A stretch of 64,000 nt of DNA, taken from IMG/VR virus record IMGVR_UViG_3300015371_000003, positions 32,001 through 96,000 of that record; one strand, written 5' to 3'. Below, one piece after another: positions 53,401 through 63,146 of the stretch. A program made the translations under genes and the position numbers. The stretch comes from a virus. Under the pieces are notes generated by a model. That model was not told the DNA's origin. It saw only the letters and a list, made by a program, of their open reading frames with translations, and made no database searches. Position 1 is the stretch's first letter. The number at the start of each line of letters is the position of its first letter.

Positions 53401-54593
53401 TGAACGAAGCCAATAAACTCCGGCAGACGAGTATTCGGTTAGCTGAGGAGGAGGCGGCCAAACGGAAGGAGTTGGAGAGTATTGGTGTTAAAGATTCTGG
53501 ACAGATGGAATTGCTGCTGTCTCAGGACAAAGCGATTATCAAACTGCGTGAGGATTTCCGCCAAGGGAAGATTGCCGTTCAAGATTTCGAAAATCAGATG
53601 GCGGCTCTCGCTACGCAAATCGAGCGGTCTGGGGATCAAATTCGAAAAGCTTTCCAAGATGGGTTGGGGAAGGCCATCAACGATTCAATTTACGGGATCA
53701 AGAAACTCGGAGAGACGTGGGGCACGTTCCTTGTAGATTTCAGCAAGAGCGTGACTGGAATGATCACGGGGGATATCGCGGCCCGCATTACGAATGCGAT
53801 CAATCGGATTGGGGCGAAGACCGATAAAGGAAATGTGGTTCCGGGGACAGGGTTGTTTGAACGGTTTCTGCCCCCGTGGTTGCGAACAGCCCCCAAGCGG
53901 GATGGTAGTTCGCCCGGAATGTCGCTGTATGTGGATTTTGCGAATCCGGAAAAGCTGTTCAATTATCTCAAGCCCACGGCGATTGGAGAACAACCACAAC
54001 TCAATTTCTCACCCAAAACGAATCAGCAGTTCAATTTCTTGATGGCGGGGGTGAGTAGTGCGTCCACGTCGTTCAGTCAGTTTGCACCTCTTGCCAATTT
54101 GGGAGCTAATTTAGCACCCCACCTTCTACGGATGTTTAGCACGAGAGCACCGGTTTTTGAAGGGGGATCGACGCTTGCCGCCAATCTCGGCGGAGCCGGA
54201 GCACTAACAGGGTTTGAAGAAGGTGGCCCGGTCCAAGGGCCGGGAACCGGCACCAGTGATTCCATCTTGGCCCGAGTCTCAGCGGGTGAGCACATCATGC
54301 CAGCGGCCAAAGCCGCACGATGGATGCCCCTGCTAGAGAGCATTCGGCTTGGGACACTGGCTCCGGCGTTTGCCTTGGGTGGGGTGGTCGCGTTGCAATC
54401 AATTGCCATGTCTCCGGTGATCCCCCGTCGCTATGCCTCCGGTGGGGTGGTGGTGACGGATGGCGGAGCCTCAGCGGTAGAAACCGGAGGCGGAGCCGGG
54501 AATATGGTGGTGTCTCTCCATCCCGATGCCTTGAATCTGACCATGCGAGAGTGGTTGGAGCATGAAGTGGTGCGTCAGCAGGGGAGACGGTAG
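50496..54593 (+). CDS. Tape measure protein
   Basis: 1365 aa Ala/Leu/Gln-rich helical protein with a hydrophobic middle; C-terminal GGPVQGPGTGTSDSILARVSAGE. Confidence 0.92.
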   Translation: MPPTSAAMELKVLISVLQSGNALKTLLGQVNQLSSALTTLQSKSNGAQPPGIPPTLKPRADEATKSLLNIEGAANKVTNALKFMVGGFLALESVRFVKDLADAAARAEVLQTVLHVVGNNAGYMRTELDAADKAVQKLGITASASRQALTQAIQAGIPLADVTKLARAAQDTAVILGTNSSEAFQRLVTAVQTSNTLMLRHMGITVQAQAAYDRFALSIGKTASQLTAHERVLAFSNATLREAAKLQGTYEAAMGNVGKQLTSLDRLQENLKVSLGAGLLPAYSALVEELSEFLKYLGLTTDEMGGQTKAARDLGATIKDLAHSFFEIGKFLIEHKGVVLGVIEAYFVFTRVLPWIRSLVAALPALEAAIAGVAGGGAGLVAALGGWPVIIAGVIAILVALAAQFPTVRAGLLSVWYAFLTVLTVIGAVAKAIFGLIPLLNTLNDVLIHPWRAADLAAAWKQWEDTAKQSMDEVVAYAKKTQEQVGKALTPETPEQAAAREKQAREDDIAKGRVEIAKLMAQEADAKERLEKAQTLGGGSKVTDLEEALKRVREELGKAQAAQDKLYGAGGYSPESIEREKKMVAVLAEEQKARYDMEGIEEARSKSRFTYGAEGELSRSFGLQIGQYSELLNGYVNKTKDANVTTAELTTNLEEAGKAAQTAGDLKLLTAAVNDLLKSNKELSAEERSRVRSALTTGRLQVEQATLARTNEIFQRQQALRNEANKQTDQQLQLELTQLQTHNAQTQALEDQAYARGAISLQDYYDHRAAIIEAEYQKQKQVAETDLQQAITRPVRNVQEEAARATEVQAARNRLAKLEDDTEGKRQENRIKRDQERTSINNEILDIQREIAEYEGDEATVLEVLNAKYQDRLNRLKDSKPEARELLRIQQTIEEFDIARENREKRAQPIFDELAARKQTLDLEQKQADLEKIRVDALEKSGNLTATQAARARNQLLQQQEQRVYQQGLNEANKLRQTSIRLAEEEAAKRKELESIGVKDSGQMELLLSQDKAIIKLREDFRQGKIAVQDFENQMAALATQIERSGDQIRKAFQDGLGKAINDSIYGIKKLGETWGTFLVDFSKSVTGMITGDIAARITNAINRIGAKTDKGNVVPGTGLFERFLPPWLRTAPKRDGSSPGMSLYVDFANPEKLFNYLKPTAIGEQPQLNFSPKTNQQFNFLMAGVSSASTSFSQFAPLANLGANLAPHLLRMFSTRAPVFEGGSTLAANLGGAGALTGFEEGGPVQGPGTGTSDSILARVSAGEHIMPAAKAARWMPLLESIRLGTLAPAFALGGVVALQSIAMSPVIPRRYASGGVVVTDGGASAVETGGGAGNMVVSLHPDALNLTMREWLEHEVVRQQGRR

Positions 54594-54596
54594 ATC

Positions 54597-55496
54597 GTGC
54601 ATCGGGTCCAAGGCGCATCTCGCAGCGAAAATTTTCAGGCGTTCACGAACCTGATTTTTGCTGCACCCCCTATTGTGGGAAGTGGCATCGTCGTCGCCAT
54701 GAACATGACGCTGTTTGATACCAATGACGTGACCACTTCGTGTGCCGATAGCGGAGGGCACGAGTACGTGCGGGTGGTGTCCCGGTGGCATCAAACAGGC
54801 CGGGTGAAGTCGGAGATTTGGTATCTACCACGAGTGCAGCGCACGAGTGCTTCGTATACGGTGGTTGCTGGCGCTTCCGGGGGCCGCATGGCGGCGTCGG
54901 CGGTGGAAGTCGGGGACTTAGGGTATGCGGGGTTGTTGTCCGGAGTGTTCACCGGGGCCATCGGCAACTCCAACGTGATTGATACCGGCGCGACAATTCC
55001 GTTGACAGCACTCGAAAGTTTTGTGCTGGCCGCAACGATCATTGGCGTCAACAGCACTAGTTCATTGGTGATTCGGGCGGATACCCCGGCATGGTATGAG
55101 GAGGGGGAACACCGGTCCCTGTTTTTCTTCCCGAGTGAGGAGGATAGCCGTAAAGTCGTCAAGCCGACACTGGCTGATGGAGATCCCCAACAAGCAATCT
55201 GGGATTTTCCTACGGCTGGCCCGTGGGCGACGGTGCTGGCGACGTTCTCCACCGATGCCCGTCCTCAGCCGGTCATTCGCAATTTGACTGGTTCCGTGCG
55301 GCAATTCGGAGGCGCGATTCTCTGTTTCCAAGGGCCACCCAATAAGAGCGTGGACTGGCGGATTCTCGAAGGGCATGGCACGTTGACGCCGTTTACCACC
55401 TTCACGGATGCGTTGGGGCGGTGTTCGTGCCGATATGAGGCGGCGGGGTTCGTAGAGCATGTGGTGGTCGGTGTGGCCTACGTGCCGGAGGACTGA
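54597..55496 (+). CDS. Tail-region protein
   Basis: 299 aa after tape measure; Ig-like C-terminus (TDALGR). Confidence 0.55.
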   Translation: MHRVQGASRSENFQAFTNLIFAAPPIVGSGIVVAMNMTLFDTNDVTTSCADSGGHEYVRVVSRWHQTGRVKSEIWYLPRVQRTSASYTVVAGASGGRMAASAVEVGDLGYAGLLSGVFTGAIGNSNVIDTGATIPLTALESFVLAATIIGVNSTSSLVIRADTPAWYEEGEHRSLFFFPSEEDSRKVVKPTLADGDPQQAIWDFPTAGPWATVLATFSTDARPQPVIRNLTGSVRQFGGAILCFQGPPNKSVDWRILEGHGTLTPFTTFTDALGRCSCRYEAAGFVEHVVVGVAYVPED

Positions 55497-56473
55497 TGGC
55501 CCTTCGACTCCTGTCAGGTCCGAACAAGATCGTGGATGACGAGGGAAATCTTCCCTTGACCATGAATCTGTCCTCGTACTATCCGGGCCGGGGGTTACTG
55601 GCGTATGGGTACTACGACTACTACAAAAGCACCAGCTATCATTGGGTGACGTTTGACGGCGTGAGTCAGCGGTGTCCAATGGCGGGCACAGCCACGAGTG
55701 AGTTGGGGTGGTGGGTAGTCAAGAAGCGCATGGTGAGTTATCCGGGGTTTGCGTTCAATCAACCTGAAATTGTCTGGGAACCCAAGGTGTTCATGGCTCA
55801 GAATGCTGAGGATCCGGGCACGGGGTTGCTCAATCCACCGGGGGGATTGGCACATAAGCCATACGTGCGGCTGTCAGATCGGTGGCTGTACGGAGATAGC
55901 ACGCGCATCAACGTCGTGCGGCAGAATGGCACCAGTTATACCAACGTACAAGAGGGTCCAGTGTGGCCGTTTACGTTGAATGGACTCCGCCCCGGACGGT
56001 CAGACATCGAAGTGTTGGGTATTGGTATCAACCATGACCGTGCCCGGTTCTACGATGTCGAACGACACGAATTTACCTCTGATGTGTTGTATCTGGGCAT
56101 GACGGCCAATTGTCTGGTGTTCGCGCCGGAATGGGGCGTGCTGGTGTCCGGGCATTCGAATGAGCCGTTTGATGAGGGGAATGCCTACGCCATTCGGGTG
56201 TGGAGTCTGGAAGTTAACCCGATAGTGCTGTCCGATCCGGCCCCATGGTTTGGCACGGTGAAATCAGGGCAGATCGTGACCTACGCCACGGTGTTGGCCG
56301 GGGCGCAGGGGGATCCAGCGGCTGATGAATTTGTGAACTGGCAACTCGGTGGAGCGGGCGTGCTGCTGGATGTGCAGTCCAAGACCAATGCCGCCGGGAG
56401 AGCCTTTGCTAGAGTCCAATACCGAGTCGGAGAAACGGGCACGTCTACGGTGCAGGCGAGCGTGCAATGCTGA
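55496..56473 (+). CDS. Tail-region protein with a C-terminal Ig-like domain
   Basis: SKTNAAGRAFARVQY…STVQASV. Confidence 0.55.
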   Translation: MALRLLSGPNKIVDDEGNLPLTMNLSSYYPGRGLLAYGYYDYYKSTSYHWVTFDGVSQRCPMAGTATSELGWWVVKKRMVSYPGFAFNQPEIVWEPKVFMAQNAEDPGTGLLNPPGGLAHKPYVRLSDRWLYGDSTRINVVRQNGTSYTNVQEGPVWPFTLNGLRPGRSDIEVLGIGINHDRARFYDVERHEFTSDVLYLGMTANCLVFAPEWGVLVSGHSNEPFDEGNAYAIRVWSLEVNPIVLSDPAPWFGTVKSGQIVTYATVLAGAQGDPAADEFVNWQLGGAGVLLDVQSKTNAAGRAFARVQYRVGETGTSTVQASVQC

Positions 56474-58212
56474 GGGAAATTTTCAAAACGGTGCCTATTC
56501 CCTACCTAAAGCGGGATGATCCGCTCAGTCCGTTGGGGAAAACGATTTTCGGGGGGCTGGAGTACCACGCCAATCAAGAGCCGTATATCGAAAGCATGCG
56601 GTGGTTCAATGGCATTCATGTGGGACGACAGCAGTCAAATGCCAAAGCTACGCTTGGGGACAGTAACCCCGATAGCCCGACTTCAATTTATGTGTGGACC
56701 ACGCTCAACGTGGCGTGGTGGCCGAGTTGGGGATTTGGCTACTACCGGTTCAATGGAAAAACGGGTGTCTTTGTCCGGCGGTTGGGCATTCCGGGTACGG
56801 AGTCCATCGGGCAGGCGCTTGCCATTGGGCACGTGACCACGACACGAAACGGCGTCCCCTACGCCACGAATTGGTACGGCAATGCGATTTTCAAAATTTC
56901 GTTGGGCGATACGGCTCAAGCGTTAGTCGGAGAAGTCCCTGAAGATCGGGATAGTTGGCGGCTGGTGGCGGAAGGGGATCCCGGTGGGAATCCCTTCGAT
57001 GGCTACATGGTGTCTCGGTTTCATGGAGAAATCAATTCCTATGGGAGTTTTGCGTTGGACGATCAACAGGGGGAGAACATCTTCCTGAATTTGTCCTATC
57101 AGGATTTGCGGGTGTTTACGTGGACCACGGGTGAACTGCTCTACAAAACATTCTTACCGAATCTCGGAGTGGCGATTGCGCTGGAAGATGCTCAACGATG
57201 CTACATCCTGCTGGAAGATCGGTCCATCATTCTGTTTGATTACATGCGGGGGGAAGTCCTTGGGGCCAGTCGCATTCCTCCGAGTGAATCAGGGTTGAGT
57301 TATTGGAACAATGGTGACGTGACCCTCACGTACGATGCGGTCAACCGCCGCATTTTGATTGCGGAACAGACGCCGGATGACCCGGATACCGGAGCCTGCA
57401 CCTGTCAGATTCGCGGCTATCGCATGGTGCCGGAACCTACTCGGTTGACGGTGCCTATTCCCCTCAAAGCCCCCCGGCAACGTCGTGTGATCCCCGTGCT
57501 GGTGCAAGCGGTGGGAGATACCAACGAAGGTGTGGGCGGGTATGTGATCAAGGCCAAGGTGACGGGATCCGGCTCACTGGTGGGCATTCCGATTTCTGAT
57601 CATTACGGCAACACGGTGATGCAAGTCGCCTGTGAAGGCTCCTCGTTGTTTGCCGAATCGATGGGGGATTGGGCGTCCACTGGTTCTCCAGAAGCGACTC
57701 CGCCCCATACCGGATTGGTGAATATCTCCGCCACGGCATACGTCTATCAACCCGATCCTCCTGATATTCAGACGAGTGCGGGGCCGGTGGACCCGTCGAA
57801 GCCTAAAATTGGTGCGCCCGGAGGCGGGGTGGATAGCGGAACGGGGCTGCATGAATCCGCGCCGAATATGTTTGAGGTGGTCAAGCAAGTCCGGGCCTCT
57901 CGGAAGTGGGTGTTGGGGAAAGGCGATGCCTACGACAGCACCGCATCCGATGGGCGGGGGGAGTTTACGGAACAGTGCGCCAATTCCATGCACGATTTGG
58001 ATGCCCGGTGGGGGCACATCAAAAAGAATCCGGGGCAGTTGCAGTACAACAAACACTCTGTGGATTCCGTCATTTTCCTGAACGATGATCATGTGACCGC
58101 AGAAATTTTCAGCATTGTCAGCACGCCCACGGTGAAGGGTGATGTCACGATCAAGTGGGAGTTTGTGAGTCGCAATTCGAATTCCCGAAGTCTGTGGTAT
58201 TACCCGGCGTAA
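56467..58212 (+). CDS. Tail-region multidomain protein
   Basis: 581 aa; beta-rich core, Ig-like domain, Pro/Gly linker, extra C-terminal domain. Confidence 0.55.
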   Translation: MLREIFKTVPIPYLKRDDPLSPLGKTIFGGLEYHANQEPYIESMRWFNGIHVGRQQSNAKATLGDSNPDSPTSIYVWTTLNVAWWPSWGFGYYRFNGKTGVFVRRLGIPGTESIGQALAIGHVTTTRNGVPYATNWYGNAIFKISLGDTAQALVGEVPEDRDSWRLVAEGDPGGNPFDGYMVSRFHGEINSYGSFALDDQQGENIFLNLSYQDLRVFTWTTGELLYKTFLPNLGVAIALEDAQRCYILLEDRSIILFDYMRGEVLGASRIPPSESGLSYWNNGDVTLTYDAVNRRILIAEQTPDDPDTGACTCQIRGYRMVPEPTRLTVPIPLKAPRQRRVIPVLVQAVGDTNEGVGGYVIKAKVTGSGSLVGIPISDHYGNTVMQVACEGSSLFAESMGDWASTGSPEATPPHTGLVNISATAYVYQPDPPDIQTSAGPVDPSKPKIGAPGGGVDSGTGLHESAPNMFEVVKQVRASRKWVLGKGDAYDSTASDGRGEFTEQCANSMHDLDARWGHIKKNPGQLQYNKHSVDSVIFLNDDHVTAEIFSIVSTPTVKGDVTIKWEFVSRNSNSRSLWYYPA

Positions 58213-58224
58213 AAGAGAGCACCT

Positions 58225-59637
58225 ATGATCGTCAATCCGCAAGGTCACATCGCCCACGGCATCGGCACTGCCGGAGCCTGTCTGGATAACGTCAAGTTCG
58301 ATGACGGGGGTGATACTCGGTGGCTGACAAGTACGAAACTCATTTATCAGCATGGCGTAGCGGGGGATCCGGACTGGCATTTGTCCACGTATGACCCCAC
58401 CACATCTCCTCCGACCATCACTCAAATCCATGCGCTCGGGGAGAATGCGCTATTTGCTGATGAGCATGGACATTGGGCCGCATGGATTTACGGGACGGGG
58501 ATCTTTACGTCGTGGGGGCTGACCAAGCCCAATGCCGGGTTGTTGGGGATGGGGCGGGATGGCACGTTGGCCTTTCGTCCAGTCTACAGCGAAGCGGGCG
58601 GGTTGACGCTCCGCACGTTGAGTGGCACGGAGACGCCCATTTCTACTGGTCCTGCCGATCAGGTGGCGATTGTCGGGCCGGGGCAGGCGCTCTGGCACGA
58701 AGTGAACGTGCTCAAGAGTTACGGCATGCCGCCCATTCAGGTGGTCACAGGCGGGATCTGGTCCCCTAAGGCAGTGTTGGCCGGAGGCAAGTGGTGGATT
58801 GCCTACTACTCGGCGTCGTATGGCACGGTGCTCCACCCGATTGATTCGTTGGAAGGGATCAAACCCATCACGATGGATGGGTGGTTCGATATCTGTGTGC
58901 TGGAAGGCCAACCGAATGTGATTCGGTTCGCATGGTCCACCACTCAATTGGAATTCGAAGGCACGATTCACTACACCGATATCGATGTGACGACGGCAGA
59001 TCGTACGTTGTTGGGGGAAGCCGGTACGCCTGTGGAGGGTGTCACCCCTCTCGATGAGACGATTGATGCGGCGGGGACTCGGACCATCGTGGTGTCTGGA
59101 TCGTTTGGGGTAGCATCAGCCGCTGAAGAAATCGTATCGTTGCCCATCGAAGTCTTTCCGGCCTTTCCAGAGGAGAGTGGGCGGGGCCGCATTGTCCACC
59201 CTATTCTCGGAGCCTTCGATTACGAAGTGAAACCCGATGAGTGGGTGAACATCGATGCGGATGCGGTGATTCCGCCAGTCTGGTCTTCTTCTCGGACGCT
59301 CACGAGTGCGGCCAACGTGCTGTGGTTGGGCAATATCCGAGATGTGGTGGTCGAGGAACGGTGGAAGGCGTTGGGCGGGTTGGCGATGCCGATCACTCAA
59401 CTGCGGATGCTGATGGCTATTTGGACCATGCCCATTGATCCAGATGTGGGATACGTTCATTGGCACCCCAATTACATTACCTCAGTGGCCTTTAAGGTGT
59501 TACCGGTCATGCTCTCAGCAGGAGGGCAGGGACTGACGTTCGATGACATCGTGAACTACAAAGATGAGTTTGGGGATCCGATTGGGTGGATGACAAATCC
59601 GGTGACGTTTCAACTGAAGTTGGTGGAGCGGATCTAA
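58225..59637 (+). CDS. Tail protein (beta-propeller-like N-terminus plus distal-tail-like C-terminus)
   Basis: 470 aa, Trp/Gly-rich beta repeats, positioned before the hub-like gene. Confidence 0.5.
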   Translation: MIVNPQGHIAHGIGTAGACLDNVKFDDGGDTRWLTSTKLIYQHGVAGDPDWHLSTYDPTTSPPTITQIHALGENALFADEHGHWAAWIYGTGIFTSWGLTKPNAGLLGMGRDGTLAFRPVYSEAGGLTLRTLSGTETPISTGPADQVAIVGPGQALWHEVNVLKSYGMPPIQVVTGGIWSPKAVLAGGKWWIAYYSASYGTVLHPIDSLEGIKPITMDGWFDICVLEGQPNVIRFAWSTTQLEFEGTIHYTDIDVTTADRTLLGEAGTPVEGVTPLDETIDAAGTRTIVVSGSFGVASAAEEIVSLPIEVFPAFPEESGRGRIVHPILGAFDYEVKPDEWVNIDADAVIPPVWSSSRTLTSAANVLWLGNIRDVVVEERWKALGGLAMPITQLRMLMAIWTMPIDPDVGYVHWHPNYITSVAFKVLPVMLSAGGQGLTFDDIVNYKDEFGDPIGWMTNPVTFQLKLVERI

Positions 59638-61581
59638 GTGGACTACCGCTGGAAACCGTTCAGCCCGGATAGCCGGAAGGATGTGCGGGTCATCCTGCAC
59701 CCTACGGCTCCTATCTGGGCAGTGCGTGAGGGCTTGGACCCCGGATCGGATGATTCGGTGGACTTGTCTCCGTACGTGACGCAGGGTTCGCATTCAGCCT
59801 TCGAAGCCCGTGTGACGCTCAAATTCAATCGGGAGTTGTTTGGGGAGACGCAACCCAAGCCGTTTCAGATTCTCGAAATTCAACTGTGGCAGAGTAACGA
59901 GTGGAAGCCCGTGTGGTTGGGCATTGTCGATTCGCTGAATTCGTTCACCCTCCAACGGGGAGAGCGGTCGGTGCAATTGACTGCAAAAACCCGAGAGCAG
60001 CAGGACATCTGGAAGAACACCAAGCGCATTACTCCGTTGTTTCCGCAGATGACGGATTTATCCTACATCATTCAGCGGGTGGCACGGTCGGCGGGCATGC
60101 GCGGGGATGAAATTCTCCTGCCCAACACCTCATTTACGACGGCGCACAGCAACACACAGCTAGCCGATATGAATGCGTGGGACATGGTGCAATCGGTCTG
60201 CACTCCTATTGGTTGGACACCGTTCATTGATGCGTTGGGGCGTTTGAGAGTCGCCAATCGAGAACTACAACACCGAGTTTCCGATGTCGTGTTGAAAGAC
60301 GCGCTGTTGGTGAAGGTGGGTGGGCAGCGGCAGCGGCCCCCGAAGTCTCGCGTCCGGGTGAGTTGGTTGAACCCCACGATGAAGATGTATCGGAGGCAGG
60401 ATCAATCTCTCGGGGGGCCACAGACCATTACGATGGGGTGGTTCCTGCCGTACTGGAAGCATACCGTCTGGTTTTCTGCCGATAAAACCCAACGAGCCGA
60501 TCATACCCGGATCAATTGGGACACGAGTCAGAGCGTCAATATCTTTGGGCATTTGCTGCATGCGAATATTTTGAATTGGTGTAAGGAATCATGGACGCAA
60601 CAAGCCCCGAATCACGGGAAGTTGTCGTTTGTAAATTACGACACGTTTGCGGTGGTGGGGGCGTTGATTATTTCATGGTTAGCGGCCCATAAAACACCGG
60701 ATACGGTGCATGTTCCAAGTGTGCCCATAACAGTACCTACTCAACCCACCGGACGGACAGCGGAAGCCGCCGCTGGTGCGCTTCTGATGTTTACGATGAT
60801 GAACGTTGGCACCGGAGCCTATGACATCTGGGGCACCCCGTACGATTGGGTGCATGCCCGGAACGTCTCCGAAGCCTTTGATAGCTCCGTGCCCACCTAC
60901 GTGGACAACGCGGATGAGATTGAATCGGATTTCATCGTCAACGAGGAACATGCGAAGGCGGTGGCGATTCGAGAACTGATCTATCAAGCGAGAGCCGCCA
61001 ACAAATGGTCGGTGACGATGGTGGACGATCCCCGCATTGAATTCGGGGACATTTTGCAGTTCACGGATGGCAGTCAGTTGTATGTCGAAGATTTCACGCG
61101 CTCGATTGAGCGGGGCAGCGAAGCCATCCTCGATGTGAGTGGATTCCTCATTCCGTTGACCAAGACGGCGGCGTTTGCGGGCTTCGAAGGATCGTCGCCC
61201 CCGCCGCCCACAGGAGATGGCGTGACACCCCCAACAGGGGCTGGTGATGGATCGGATGGCCTCCAACCGGGTGAACCGGCGTTTGGTCCGGGTTCTCGCA
61301 ATGAGCCGCTGATTCCCATGAGCGATGATCCGGCGCAGATGGAGAGTGCGATCAAGGCGAGTCTGTACTATTTCAATCGCAAGGATTTCAGCTATTGGTT
61401 TAATGCGGTCAACCATCCGGGGCAGTATGGGGATGGGCGATGGGTCATTGGGTGGAATGCCTACATGGAACAGCGGATGGCACCGGGAGATACCGGAGCC
61501 GCGTTGCATTCTTTGATTGAACAGCCTTCAGTCCATACCACGCCTCCGCCGCCGGGGTATCCGCCGGGAGGATGGGTCTGA
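59638..61581 (+). CDS. Baseplate hub/Tal-like tail protein
   Basis: WLGIVD…FIDALGRL…DPRIEFGDIL pattern of tail hub proteins. Confidence 0.6.
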   Translation: MDYRWKPFSPDSRKDVRVILHPTAPIWAVREGLDPGSDDSVDLSPYVTQGSHSAFEARVTLKFNRELFGETQPKPFQILEIQLWQSNEWKPVWLGIVDSLNSFTLQRGERSVQLTAKTREQQDIWKNTKRITPLFPQMTDLSYIIQRVARSAGMRGDEILLPNTSFTTAHSNTQLADMNAWDMVQSVCTPIGWTPFIDALGRLRVANRELQHRVSDVVLKDALLVKVGGQRQRPPKSRVRVSWLNPTMKMYRRQDQSLGGPQTITMGWFLPYWKHTVWFSADKTQRADHTRINWDTSQSVNIFGHLLHANILNWCKESWTQQAPNHGKLSFVNYDTFAVVGALIISWLAAHKTPDTVHVPSVPITVPTQPTGRTAEAAAGALLMFTMMNVGTGAYDIWGTPYDWVHARNVSEAFDSSVPTYVDNADEIESDFIVNEEHAKAVAIRELIYQARAANKWSVTMVDDPRIEFGDILQFTDGSQLYVEDFTRSIERGSEAILDVSGFLIPLTKTAAFAGFEGSSPPPPTGDGVTPPTGAGDGSDGLQPGEPAFGPGSRNEPLIPMSDDPAQMESAIKASLYYFNRKDFSYWFNAVNHPGQYGDGRWVIGWNAYMEQRMAPGDTGAALHSLIEQPSVHTTPPPPGYPPGGWV

Positions 61582-62159
61582 TGACAGTTCTCACGGATCT
61601 AGCCTCAGCAGAGGTCAAGCGCAACGCCAAGCGGCTGTATGGCGAGACGTTGACGCGCCCCACACTCCTCGTGTCGGATGGCATCAACGAGCAGTACGCC
61701 TGCGATGTGCATATTGGTCCGACCGATCCGACCGGGCAGATTCGGCAGTACGTGGACAAGAAGAATCACTCCACGTATTTGACCGGCCTCCCCGGACAGA
61801 AGCCGGAAGACTGGCAATTGGATGATTCGTTGCCGGGGCACGTGGATACCACGCTTCGCAATGTCGTCATCTCTCGCAACAACGCCGATTTGATTTATGC
61901 CGATGTCGGGAGTCCGGTGATCTGTGATCGCACGGAATCCGGCAATTGGCAGATCACGGGGTTCTCCATTGAGCGACCGGGTACCCACATGCTCTATCCG
62001 GTGGACTTGGGCGATATGTCCATCGGAACCGTGATTGATTTGTCGATTGACACGCGCCTGTTGACGCTGGCGGAGATGGGGGAATTCAAACCGTTTGGCG
62101 TCCTTCCGTTTGGCGCAAGTGCGATTTTCGAAGGTGGCGAACTGGTGAACATCGTTTAA
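61581..62159 (+). CDS. Tail-tip protein
   Basis: About 192 aa, coupled to the hub-like gene. Confidence 0.5.
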   Translation: MTVLTDLASAEVKRNAKRLYGETLTRPTLLVSDGINEQYACDVHIGPTDPTGQIRQYVDKKNHSTYLTGLPGQKPEDWQLDDSLPGHVDTTLRNVVISRNNADLIYADVGSPVICDRTESGNWQITGFSIERPGTHMLYPVDLGDMSIGTVIDLSIDTRLLTLAEMGEFKPFGVLPFGASAIFEGGELVNIV

Positions 62160-62168
62160 GAGGGCCGC

Positions 62169-63137
62169 ATGGAACTACGAAACTTTGCCAGTGGCGATAC
62201 TGACTATATTGCCAAACTGAATTCGAACAATTCCGAGATTCAAGCGGCCATTGATGCGTTGCAGGCGGCAGCAGGGGCAGCAGGGGCGGGCACTGCGCTG
62301 TCGGCGGGTCTATTTATCAGTTCCCTGTGTAATGGGGAAGATTGTCTGATCGGTCCCGGCAGTTACACCCTCACTCAGAATCCTACGTCGGTGACGGTGA
62401 GTCCCGGCAGTATATTTTTGGCGGGTTCTCAAGCGGTGGTGCAGTCGTTGTTGACGCCCACGCTGAATTTTTTGGGGCAGACGGCGGGCACCAAGTACAT
62501 CGTGGTGGATGCGGCGGGCACGCCTGCGATTCGATCCACGGCAGATGCGGGTGCGATTTATTCGGTGTTTTGGACAGGCAGCGGGTTTCTCGGGGAACCG
62601 GTGCGTATCGCGTCCGTGTTATCGGATGCTGATGAAGATACAGCGGCCCGACTCAGTACGGCCCTTGGGGATTTGGAATCGCCTCCAAACGATAAACCGT
62701 TCGACACGTTGGATGATCGGCTGGAAGCCATTGAATTGGTGGCGACTCAAGCCAAAGCCCTCGCAGGGGGGACTCGAAAAATTGGGGCGACGGTGGATGG
62801 TTCGACAGGGGTGAAAGGAGCCATCCAGATCGATTTTGCAGGCACCATCATTGGATGGAGCATCATTGCCGATCAACCGGGGGATATCACGGTGACGGTG
62901 AGTCGAGCGTCCTCCTCTCCACCTGATGACGCCCCGGCGATTCCCGATCCGGTGGCAGACAAGATTTCGGCCAGTGCGCCCATTCAGTTGGTCGGTGCCC
63001 AATCAGCGTCTGGGAATGAATCGGATGTCTCGACGTGGGATCCGGATTTGTTGCCGTGGGACGTGGTGCAATTTGCTGTAACTGCGGCCACGACACTCAC
63101 GAGTGCCACGTTGTATCTCCGCATTGCTCCGCTGTAA
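62169..63137 (+). CDS. Tail/baseplate-associated protein
   Basis: 322 aa, Ala/Gly-rich, C-terminal beta sandwich (GTIIGWSIIADQPG.I.V). Confidence 0.55.
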   Translation: MELRNFASGDTDYIAKLNSNNSEIQAAIDALQAAAGAAGAGTALSAGLFISSLCNGEDCLIGPGSYTLTQNPTSVTVSPGSIFLAGSQAVVQSLLTPTLNFLGQTAGTKYIVVDAAGTPAIRSTADAGAIYSVFWTGSGFLGEPVRIASVLSDADEDTAARLSTALGDLESPPNDKPFDTLDDRLEAIELVATQAKALAGGTRKIGATVDGSTGVKGAIQIDFAGTIIGWSIIADQPGDITVTVSRASSSPPDDAPAIPDPVADKISASAPIQLVGAQSASGNESDVSTWDPDLLPWDVVQFAVTAATTLTSATLYLRIAPL

Positions 63138-63146
63138 ACGAGGCAC

